DNA of 64,000 bases from Mobula hypostoma (taxonomy: Eukaryota): assembly GCF_963921235.1 (NCBI RefSeq), contig NC_086108.1:71612001-71676000 (forward strand), in the 5' to 3' direction. The position numbers and the translations under genes are program-made. This document shows positions 38,490 to 48,598 of this stretch, piece by piece (position 1 is the stretch's first letter; each line of letters starts with the position of its first letter). The notes beneath the pieces are model-generated. The model was not told the DNA's origin and ran no database searches. It worked only from the letters and a program-made list of their open reading frames with translations.

Positions 38490-38645
38490 AACAAACAACA
38501 CACATCAAAGTTGCTGGTGAAAGGGTCTCGGCCTGAAACGTCGACTGCATCTCTTCCTACAGATGCTGCTTGGCCTGCTGCGTTCACCAGCAACTTTGAT
38601 GTGTGTTGCTTGAATTTCCAGCATCTACAGAATTCCTGTTGTTAG
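38490..38645. mobile_element. 156 bp Penelope-derived mini-element in the L1 3' UTR
   Basis: 13 bp TSD CGAATAATTATAC (38477-38489, 38646-38658); perfect 26 bp inverted repeat CAACACACATCAAAGTTGCTGGTGAA / TTCACCAGCAACTTTGATGTGTGTTG. Confidence 0.9.
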
Positions 38646-40609
38646 CGAATAATTATACCAAATTTATTTTGAATCCCATGGAGCATGTGGAAACCTTCCA
38701 ATACCCAGGCGGCTCTTTTTTTTCCTCTTTTCTTTCTTTTTAGGTAGGACTATATATGGGGGGGGGTTAAGGGGAGGAGGGAGGGTAGATTTTATCTTTT
38801 CATGTATTCTTTTTGAAAACTCAATAAAAATTATATTACAAAAAAAAACAGTCCGTGGTCTCCGTTGTCTGATTGTCCTCTTCATGATGCGCCATACATT
38901 TTCAATAGGAGATAGATTTGGACTGGCAACAGGCCAGTCAAGCACACGCAGTCTGTGACTCTGTGTCTACTAAGCCACGCTGTTGTAGCCCGTGCAGAAT
39001 GTGGTCTGACATTGTGTTGCTGAAATAAGCATGGACGTCCTGGGAAGAGATGTCGCCTTGATGGCAACATATGTCTCTCTAAAATCCTAATATACGCCTC
39101 AGAGTCAATGGTACCTTCACATACATGCAACTCACCCATGCCGTGGGCACTGATGCACCCCCATACCATCACAGATGCTGGCTTTTGCACCTTTCGCTGA
39201 TAACAATCTGGATGGTCATTTTCATCTTTGGCACGGAGAACTCGATGCCCGTTTTTTCCGAAAACTAGCTGAAGTGTGGACTCATCTGACTACAGCACAC
39301 GGTTCCACAGTCTTTCGGTCCATCTGAGATGAGCTCAGGCCCAGAGAACTCGCCGGCGTTTCTGCATAGAGTTGATGTATGGCTTTCTCCTTGCGTAATA
39401 CAGTTTCAAGTTGCATTTCTGGATGCAGCGACAGACTGTGTTGAGTGACAATGGTTTTCCGAAGTACTCCTGAGCCCAGGTGGCTATAATTGTCACAGTA
39501 GCCTGACGGTTTCTTAGGCAGTGCCGCCTGAGGGCTCGAAGATCACGCGCATTCAACAGTGGTTTCCGACCTTGCCCTTTACGCACTGAGATGTCTCTGA
39601 ATTCTCTGAATCTTTTCACAATATTATGTACTGTAGATGTTGCAAGACCTAAATTCTCTGCAATCTTGCGTTGAGAGATGTTCCTTTTGAACTGACTAAC
39701 AATTCCTTCACGAATTTTGGCACAAAGGGGTGAGCCACAACCCATCCTCGCTTGCAAAGACTGAGCCTTTGATGGACTCTACTTTTATACCCAGTCATGA
39801 TACCTCACCTGCTACCAATTAGCCTGCTTAGTGTGGAGTCTTCCAAACTGGTGTTACTTGAATATTCTGTGCACTTTTCAATCTTATTTTAACTCTGTCC
39901 CAACTTTTGTTGAGTGTGTTGCAGCCATTGAATTCTAAATTTGTGTATATTTACAAAATACAATTAAGTTGGTCAGTAAAACTATTGAAAATCTTTGTAC
40001 TTTTGTCAGTTTAAAAAAAGGTTCATGTGAACTAACATATCACAGATTTTTGTTTTTATTGAATTTTGGAAAATATCCCAACTTTTCTGGAGGTGGACTT
40101 TGTAAATAATCTATTGGTATCTTGGGCTTTTTCATTTTGCGAGGGAATGTAAATCATAGGGTGATATGAGGCATGTTTAAAATTAAGAAATTAATAAATA
40201 AGGTTTTCCTGGTCATTGTCCACAATGAAGAACTGTAGTTAAGATGATTATAGACACAAGCTTGGACCCCACCTCAATTTCTATTTGACATTACAGGTGC
40301 CAGTTTGCCTCTTGAAGTCTATGCAAGTCACACGTTCATGTTTTTTTCTTATAGCTGCAGGCATATTTCACATTTGATAGTGCTGTGTGCATTGATTACT
40401 AGTACCAAAGTGTATTCAGTAGGCAGTTCGTTTCTCATGCAGCACTAACTTGACACTTGGCTATCCAGTTGGATGGTAATAACATAGATGACATTACATT
40501 AATCAGCACAAAGCAGTCCTGACGTTGAGCTGTATTTTGGATTCTAGAATGCCCCAGCATACTGAAATGGTCTTGACAATGCAGAATACTGCCCAGGTAC
40601 TATTAATCT

Positions 40610-41958
40610 CTCCCTCTCCCAGTATAGAGTGCCTCCTGCTTCAGAATATCCACCATTGTTTCTGTACCTAAAAAGACCAAAGTAACATGTCTGAACAACT
40701 GGCGTCCTGTCGCACTCACCTCAATAGTAAGCAAATGCTTTGAAAGGCTGGTCAAGGACTACATCTGCAGCATGCTACCGCCCACACTGGACCCCCTACA
40801 ATTCTCTTACTGACGCAACTGACAGATGATGCAATAGCCACAGCTCTACACACCACACTTACACATCTGGAGAAGAAGGATGCTTATGTGAGACTGCTGT
40901 TCTTGGACGACAGTTCAGCATTCAACACCATAATTCCCTCCAGGCTCGACAAGAAGCTCAGAGACCTCGGCCTTCACCCTGCCTTGTGTAGCTGGATCCT
41001 GGACTTCCTGTCAGGCCGTCGGTAGGTGGTGAGAGTGGGCTTCCTCACTTCTGCACCTCTGACCCTCAATACAGGTGCCCCTCGGGGCTGTGTCCTAAGC
41101 ATCCTCCTTTACTCTCTGTATACTCATGACTGTGTCGCCACCCACAGCTCCAATCTGCTAATTAAATTTGCTAACGATACTACACTGATTGGCCTAATCT
41201 CAAATAATAATGAGGCAGCCTACAGAGAAGTCGTCATCCTGATACAGTGGGGTCAAGAAAACAACCTCTCCCTCAATGTCGCAAAAACAAAGGAGTTAGT
41301 TGTGTACTACAGGAGGAATGGAGACAGGCTAACCCCTATTGGCATCAATGAATCTACGGTTGAGAGGGTGAACAGCTTTAAGTTCCTTGGCATAAACATC
41401 ACCGAGGAGCTCATGTGGTCTGTATATACCGGCTGTGTTTTGAAAAAGGCACAACAGCACCTCTTTCACCTCAGTTAGTTTGGTATGGGCCCCCAGATCC
41501 TAAGAACTTTTTATAGGGGCACAATTGAGAGCATCCTGACTGGCTGCATCACTGCCTGGTATGGGAACTGTACCTCCCTTAATTGCAGGGCTCTGCAGAG
41601 AGTGGTGCGGACAGCCCACTATTCAGGTCATTTACAAAGACAGGTGTGTAAAAAAGGCCCGAAGGATCACTGGGGACCCGAGTCACCCCAACCACAAACT
41701 GTTCCAGTTGCTACCATCTGGGAAACGGTACCACAGCATAAAAGCCACGACCAACAGGCTCCAGGAGAGCTTCTTCCACCGGGCCATCAAACTGATTGAT
41801 TTATGCTGACGCAACTGTATTTCAATGTTATTTTGACTGTCCTGTTGTACATACTATTTATTATAAATTACTATAAATTGCACATTTAAACTGAGATGTA
41901 ACGTAAAGATTTTTACTCGTGTATATGAAGGATGTAAGTAATAAAGTCAATTCAATTC
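40610..41958 (+). mobile_element. Rex1/Babar-like LINE, 5'-truncated, decayed RT
   Basis: [46 protein letters not shown] plus (TTCAA)n tail. Confidence 0.88.
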
Positions 41959-43214
41959 AACTCAATTCAGGTAGAACTTGTTCATGAAGAGTAGGATCAA
42001 TCCAGTGTGAGTCACTTGCAATGTAGTTTGTCTTCACTTGATCAGCAAAGTAATGGTGCTCATTGGTGCTCTGGTAAAATATGAAATTCCACATTGGGTG
42101 AGAGTGATTGCCCTTGACATGGGGGTAGTATTTGACTGATTGAAGCATCAAGGAATATTAACTGAACTGAAGTCAGTGGATATCAAGGGAAAAGTGCTGC
42201 ATTGGCTAGAGCCACTTGAAGAAAAAAGATGATCATTACCATTGGAAATCAACGTATCAGCCTAAAGATATCACTGCAAAAATTATTCGAGGCAGTGTCC
42301 CAGGCCCTTCCTAGGCTAATAATGTTCCTTCCATCAGGAGCTCAGAATTCATTGATGAAGCAGCTGAAGATGGTTAGGTCTCAGATATTGACTTGAGGAA
42401 TTCATGCAGTTATATCTTTGAGAGAGTATGTTGGTCTCCAAAGGCAGTGACTATCATTCTCTAAGGAATATGACTCCTGCCACTGAAGTGCTTTTCCAGT
42501 GATGTCCATCCTCTGACTTTAGTTTTACCAAGACTCTTTGATATTTCATTCAGTCAAACATACCTTGATTTTGAGGGCACTCACTTTGCAAAATGAGTTA
42601 ATGAGTCCCTGTTGATACCAAGGCTGTGATGAAACTTGGAACAGAACTGGTCCTGGCAAACCATAAATGGAGTGATGTCATTAAGTAGCACTGACAGTAT
42701 TTTCTATCCTTCACATTACTGATGATTGAGAGTTGATTGGGTGTTTAAAAAGCTGTATTGATTTTCCAATTTTTTATGAACAGGACACCTGAGTAAATTT
42801 CCACATTATTAAGCAGCAGCCAGTGTTTTAACAGCATGGGAGCAAATTGAGGTGTGGCTAATTCAGCAGCGCCGGTCTTCATCATTATAATTGAATGTTC
42901 CTTTTAACTGCTTTAACCTCTGGTACTCATACTGATTTGCTTTCAGTGAGGATAGTGATGTTCCTCAAGATGCTGTATGTTGTCTGTGCACTTTTTTCAA
43001 ATGCAGGCACTTTTAGACATCTTTAATATTTAACCTACTTAATTTTCAGGCTGCATTTAAACCAAATGGATTTGTTGTGCAGTCCCACTTGTGTGAAAGG
43101 TGTACTGTAATAGTTAATTTTTTAATGTCTTATTGTTTTAAAATATTAAAAGGCAGCTTTTTTTTTTAGTTACCAAGTATACTAATGGTAGTAAATTGTT
43201 CTTTCTTTAAACAG

Positions 43215-43328
43215 GGTCATGTTATGGCCAAACGTGTGTTTGATACCTATTCACCCCACGAAGATGAAGCTATGATCCTTTTCTTAAATATGGTATCTCG
43301 TGGTAGAATACTTCTCTTCACTATCAAG
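43215..43328 (+). CDS. POMGNT1: POMGNT1 coding exon 5
   Basis: aaacag|[38 protein letters not shown]|gttggt; 114 nt, phase 0 to 0. Confidence 0.96.
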
Positions 43329-44108
43329 GTTGGTGTAGTCTTTCCTTTTCCAAAGTTACATTTGGGAAATTCTGGATTTCCTTATGAGTTGTCTTATAAC
43401 TCCCTTTGCATTTTGATTTTGTTTGGAAGGAGGTTCACCTTCCAATTGAATTGTTGGGATCTGCTTCTGGAATGTCAACTTGATGAATTTATTCATGTCT
43501 ATACAGAGTGTTCCAATTAATCGGGCAATTACTTAATTGGGGCAGCTACTTATTTTGGACATCTACTTATTTTGGACAGCTCTTAGAAAAACAAAAAAAA
43601 ATTGAGAAAATAGCCAGGATTCCCTTTGTTTATTTGCAACACCAAGACGCTTAAATGGGGCAGGAGCCCGTTGCTGAACCGTTTCTAACTAATGTCAGAT
43701 GTGTGCACTTGTGTGGTTTTAGTCACAGCACTGTGCATAGAGTGAACGGTTTTTAAATGGCATCAGTTGTGCATGCTTGTGTTCAAAAAGCAATGATTTT
43801 TCTCACTGATAGTTGGTGGGAAATAAGCAGTAAGACAATTCAGAACCGTTTTGCTCACTGCAGTTTCAAGCATTCAGGCTTGGAGGTGCCAGAAATGTCC
43901 GAGAGTGAAAATGAAATGATTTCACTACTTCAGCAAGTCAGGAACTATGAAGAATCTGAAGGTATCAACAATCATCTTGAATGTTACAGGTCGACTTTCT
44001 ATAATCCGGCACCATTGGGACCTGAGGAGTGCCGGATTAGTGAAAATGCCGAATTACAGAAGGATCACATGAAGCAATAGCTAACTGCCTCATCATACCT
44101 TTAAAATA

Positions 44109-44639
44109 TCAAAGGATTCAAAGGTTCATTTAATGTCAGAGAAATGTATACAATATACTTCCTGAAATGCTTTTTCTTTGCAACCATCTACGAAAACAGA
44201 GGAGTGCCCCAAAAAATGAACGACAGTTAAATGTTAGAACCCCTAAGTTCTCCCCTCCCTCCCGCGCGTAAGTGGCAGCGAGCAACAATCCCCCCCACTG
44301 GCAAAAAAATAAAGCGCATCCACTACCAGCACTCAAGCGTGAGCTAAGCGATAGCAAAGACACAGACTAACAGTTACCCCAAAGGCTACATTGCACTCGC
44401 AGTTACTGAGGGAATCCTCATTAGTTTCTTTTCCTCCGCTTAGTAATCTGCTTAAATTCAGTGGGTTGCCATGTCTGATCTGAGGTCGTAGGCAGAAGAG
44501 AATGGGGCGCCGGCCGGGCGGTGCCGGAGGGCAGTGCATGACTGCCGGCAGGCGGGCGAGAAGCGGACAGACCCAGCACGTACCAGCTCCCCCGCTGCTG
44601 GCAGGTGAGATGGGTGGGTGCCGGGCGGCCACGCCTCAC
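44109..44639 (-). mobile_element. Chimeric retrocopy: ITS2-like/28S rRNA 5' end fused to a LINE-type 3' UTR and tail
   Basis: Minus strand: about 150 nt very GC-rich segment, about 96 nt of 28S 5' end, then about 285 nt ending ATTAAATGAACCTTTGAATCCTTTGA. Confidence 0.75.
44394..44489 (-). pseudogene. 28S rRNA 5'-end fragment (dispersed pseudogene)
   Basis: CGACCTCAGATCAGACATGGCAACCCACTGAATTTAAGCAGATTACTAAGCGGAGGAAAAGAAACTAATGAGGATTCCCTCAGTAACTGCGAGTG matches the conserved LSU 5' end, with CG>CA decay. Confidence 0.92.
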
Positions 44640-46644
44640 ATAAATGATATTAATAAATGCAGGAAAACAAGCAGGAATTGCCTGTCTGTGCTTACAAGAG
44701 CGCGCCAACGCGTGAACAGTTCTAGCACAACCAAAACAATGCGCGGCAGATTGGTACGGTGGCCCAGGAAATTTAAAATTACAGTTGCGCGGAAAATTTG
44801 AAATCAGTGGGGATTATCAAAGGAACCGGATTACAGGTAGTTGGATTAGTGAAGGTCGACCTATACAATGAAAATAAATATTTGGAGGATGCAATCGTCA
44901 ATAGCCTTGTGTGAAGACAATCCAGTATCTACACTAGGTGGTCTGTGCCAATTTTGTTCGCTTACAGTCACTCAAACGAACACATCAGTGTACACTGGAT
45001 GAATTTGTCTGTCAATAACTATTAGGAACTAATACACAATTTCATAGTACTGCAGTGGTATTGATAATCTTATTTGTTCTGTATTTCCTTTAAGAACCTA
45101 ATTTGTTATTCTGCTAAAATGGTAGTTTATTTTTGAAAATTTTTTTCCATGAAACTTCAGCTAATTGGAGCAGCCAAAATGTATTGGTCCCAATTAATCG
45201 GAATCCACTGCATTAGTAACAGGTTACACATTATCTTCAACCCAATAGTCTTCTTGCCAAAGTATTAGTTTTTAAACCAGAGAACCTTGAGTTTAATATG
45301 TTCATCATTCTTGCTGGAATTTTGACTTGTAGTCAGTTATTGAGCCTTTCCTCCAGTTCATATACCCTTCCCCCTTTCAGCTACTACCACCACCCGGTTC
45401 TCCTTATAACTATACTAATCTTTTGCAGCCCTGCGTGATAAATTGGTTTTCAGAAGTTACTGTCATGGCTGTAGTTCAAGACAGAACATGCAAGAAATTA
45501 AGAACAGGCATAGGCCATCAGGCCCCTCAATCTACTTCACTCTTTAATACAGTCAGGGCTGATCTATGCTACCTATTCCTCAAATGATCAAATAATTATC
45601 CCCCTCCATTTTAAATTCTTCCAATGATCTAGCTTACACTATCACAGAGGCAGCAAATTCCAGAGATTGATCACCCTCTGTGAGAAGAAACTTTCAATTA
45701 TCTCAGTTTTAAATAACCGCACCCACACCCCCTGTAGTTATATCCTCTTGTTTGAGTTCTTCCACTTGTGAAAACTTCTCAACATCAACCTGGTCAATCC
45801 CCCTTAGGTTCTTCTATAATTGAATGAGGTCACTCTTTGTGTTTCTAAACTCTATGGAATACAGAAACCAGTCTGTCTAGCCTTACTTGATAGAACGTCC
45901 ACAGTGGACTAGCCTTCTACCTTTAGGTGACTAGTTTTTGGGGGTGGCTACTGATGTACTAGTTCCAGGACAACATTACAACCAAGCAGGTTACAGAGAT
46001 TCGCCCGTACAGAATTCAAAAATTGCTAGCCATAAATTTGAGAGATGGAATAAAAGGTTACTCTTGAAAAATTTCTTTGCAAAAAAAAATTAATTCAATA
46101 CTTTTCAATTTGTATTTCTTGGTATGTGCAGATGATGAAGCTTCTTGTTACAGACAATTGTAATATGGCCCATTTTCTTAGAATCCAACCCTCTCCTCCT
46201 TTTATGTGTGGTGGTTACCTCTACCACTAATTTAGTACTTAAAAGCAAATGAAAAGAAATTTAAATAATACAAAAGAAAGACACTTTAAAATGTATGATT
46301 TACTTAAAATGTATTTGAAGACATTAGATCTAAATTGGCTGACAGTACAATCCCTTCAATTCATTTCTCCCATGTACATTCTTGTAAACTCTCTCCACTG
46401 CATATGCGTCAACTCCTACATCCGCACTAAGGCAATGTTCAGTAATTATTTCGACCACCAGCCACGATGCTTTTCTGACGTGTGAGGAAACTCGACCAGT
46501 CATGAGAGGAATATCCACACAGTCAGCCACAAAAATTGGGATCAAACTTGGGTTTCTGAAATAGTGAGGCAGTAACACTATCTGCTTTCTCACCGAGCAG
46601 TATGTGCTGTTGCATAAAATTTAAAATGGTCAAACTACCTTTTC

Positions 46645-46830
46645 AGCAAAACACACAGAATGCTGGAGGAACTCAGTAGGTCAGACAGCGTCTATGGAGT
46701 TGATGTTCTGGGCCGAGACCCTTCATAGAGCAATCCTGATAAAGGGTTTCGGCCTGAAACGTTGATTGGATATTTATCTCCATTGATCTTCCCTGACTTT
46801 TGTGTGTGTTGCAGAATTTCTTGTGTTTAT
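46645..46830. mobile_element. Penelope-derived short element with two inverted hammerhead-like motifs
   Basis: ACACACAGAATGCTGGAGGAACTCAG...GGGCCGAGACCCTTCAT followed by CAATCCTGATAAAGGGTTTCGGCCTGAAACGTTGATTG; homologous to the PLE ends. Confidence 0.78.
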
Positions 46831-47114
46831 AAATGATATTTTCAGTCCAAGAACACAATAAATAAGACCTAAGAGTAGAATTAGGCCATGCACTGATCAA
46901 GTTCGCTCTACCTACTGATCATGGCTGATTTATTTTTCCCTCATCCCATTCTCCTGCTTTCCCTCTCCCTTTGACACCCTTACTGATCAAGAACCCGTCA
47001 AACTCGGCTTTTAACTATAGACAATGACTTGGCCTCCACAGCGTCTTTTACAATGAATTTCACAAATTCACCATCCTCTGTTTAAAGAAATTCCTCCTCA
47101 TCTTTACTCTTTAG

Positions 47115-47194
47115 CAGGCGTTCCCAACCTGGGGTCCACTGACTCTTTGCTTAATAGTGTTGGTCCATGGCATAAAAAAGGTTGGGAACCCCTG
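47115..47194. mobile_element. 80 bp hAT (Charlie-like) MITE inside a CR1 3' end
   Basis: TIRs CAGGCGTTCCCAACCT / AGGTTGGGAACCCCTG; the 8 bp flanks match only partly (CTCTTTAG vs GACTATAG). Confidence 0.7.
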
Positions 47195-48598
47195 GACTAT
47201 AGGGGTTTTCTTTTATCCTAAGGCTGTGCCCTCTGGTCCTAGACAGGCCCAGAGCTATCAAACACTTTTCATACAATAATTCTTTCATTCCCAGAATCAG
47301 AAATTTCAAAGTACGTGGATGTCACCATGTGTAACCCTGAGATTCGTGTTCTTGCAGGAATAGACAGTAAATCCAAGAAATGTAATAGAATCAATGAAAG
47401 CGCATACCCAACAGGCTGGAATAACAACCAATGTGTAAAAGACAACAAACTGTGCAAAAATAAAGTTAAAAAAGTGCAATAAATATTGAGAATATGAAAT
47501 GAAAAGTCCTTGAAGGCGAGTTCATAGGTTGTATGAACAGTTTAGTGATGGGGCAAGTGAAGTTAACCCCTCTGGTTCAAGAGCCTGATGGTTCAGAGAT
47601 AATATCTGTTCCTGAACCTGGTGGTGTGCTCCTGTACGTTCTTCCTGATGGCAACAGCAAGAAGACGGTATGCTCTGGATGGTGAGGTTCTTTGATGGTG
47701 GATACTGCTTTACTGCAACAGCACTCTGTACTGATGAGCTCAGTGGTGGGGAGGACTTTACCTGTGATGGGCTGGGCCATACTCATTACTTCTGAAAGGA
47801 TTTTTCATTCAAGGGCACTGGGTGTTTTCACACCAGGCTGTGATATAACCAGTCAATATACTCTCCACCACATATCTATAGAAGTTTGTCAAAGTTTTAC
47901 TTGGGGAAATAGAAAAAAACACTACAGTACTCTGCAGGTACATATATATAACTGGGATACCTGACACATTTCTGCAGTACTGTAGTAATTTTATGTATTG
48001 CCCTGGACTGCTGCTGCAAAAAAAATTCATGATGTGAGTGATGATAAATTAGACTCTAATATAGGTCTCTATTGTAGACTGAGAGTGGGAAAGGGGCAGG
48101 GAGAGAGAACCATGTTTGGGTAAAGGGGAAGGGAGAGGAGAGGAAAGGGAGCAGGAAGCAGCACAGAGGCATTCTGTAATGATCAATAAACCAGTTGTTT
48201 GGAATCAAATGACCTTGCCTGGTGTCTCAGGGCTGAGTGTGTCTGCACTCATGCTAACAAGACTCCCCAGCACTCCTCTGTCACCTGTCCCACAGCCTTC
48301 CTGTGGCAAGCATAAACATGGCATTGGAGCTGTGCTTAGCCTCATAGTGGTAAGTATAAAGTGAGTAGAGTAGGGTGCTAAGCACACAGCCTTGTGGTGC
48401 AAATGTTCTGAGGGACATTGTGGAGGAAATATTGGCATCCGAACTGGTGCTTCAGGATTAAGTATAAAGCTAATGAAAATAGCATCTGCTGTTGACTTGT
48501 TGTGATGGTAGGCAAATTGGAGTGGATCCAAGTCCCTTCTCAGGACTATTTTTGTAAGCCTCCTCTGCCAGCACACCCTTCCTTAGCTGCAGGGCCCG

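Larger units (their letters stand above)
32939..38846 (+). mobile_element. Full-length (5.9 kb) L1-clade LINE
   Basis: 14 bp TSD AACAGTCCGTGGTC (32925-32938, 38847-38860); starts GGGG; ORF1, about 540 nt spacer, ORF2; 3' UTR with G-rich tract, AATAAA and oligo-A. Confidence 0.96.
32793..39745 (-). pseudogene. Tc1 transposase pseudogene (segments 39745-38847 and 32938-32793)
   Basis: Paired-like HTH, GRKP, SDES, VMVWGC, FQQHN (second catalytic D lost), WPVASPNLSPIENVW...RRPRTV|EQLKSYIKQEW; several stops and a frameshift. Confidence 0.92.
32574..40102 (-). mobile_element. Full-length Tc1 (IR/DR-type) DNA transposon split by an L1 insertion
   Basis: About 210 bp TIRs (32574-32786, 39893-40102), each carrying the repeated AAAAGTTGGGA motif; TA at 32572-73 and 40103-04; transposase pseudogene on the minus strand. 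Confidence 0.95.
43987..44863. mobile_element. TA-targeting MITE (Tigger/pogo-like) nested in the outer element
   Basis: TIRs CAGGTCGACTTTCTATAATCC / GGATTAGTGAAGGTCGACCTA; TA duplicated (43985-86, 44864-65); the host frame NHLECY|NENK rejoins when it is removed. Confidence 0.85.
43504..45210 (+). mobile_element. Tigger/pogo-like non-autonomous DNA transposon (outer)
   Basis: Imperfect TIRs CAGAGTGTTCCAATTAATCGGG / CCCAATTAATCGGAATCCACTG; TA on the left, CA on the right; transposase C-terminal remnant (AMIFLTDSWWEISSKTIQNRFAHCSF). Confidence 0.75.

Noticed and set aside
44394..44489. Functional rRNA gene or rDNA array
   Set aside because: Only about 96 nt of 28S, CpG-decayed, with no 18S or 5.8S, embedded in transposons.
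47921..47986. About 15 bp inverted repeat (ACTACAGTAC...GTACTGTAGT)
   Set aside because: Short and imperfect, inside nested repeat debris, with no TSD or recognisable RNA structure.
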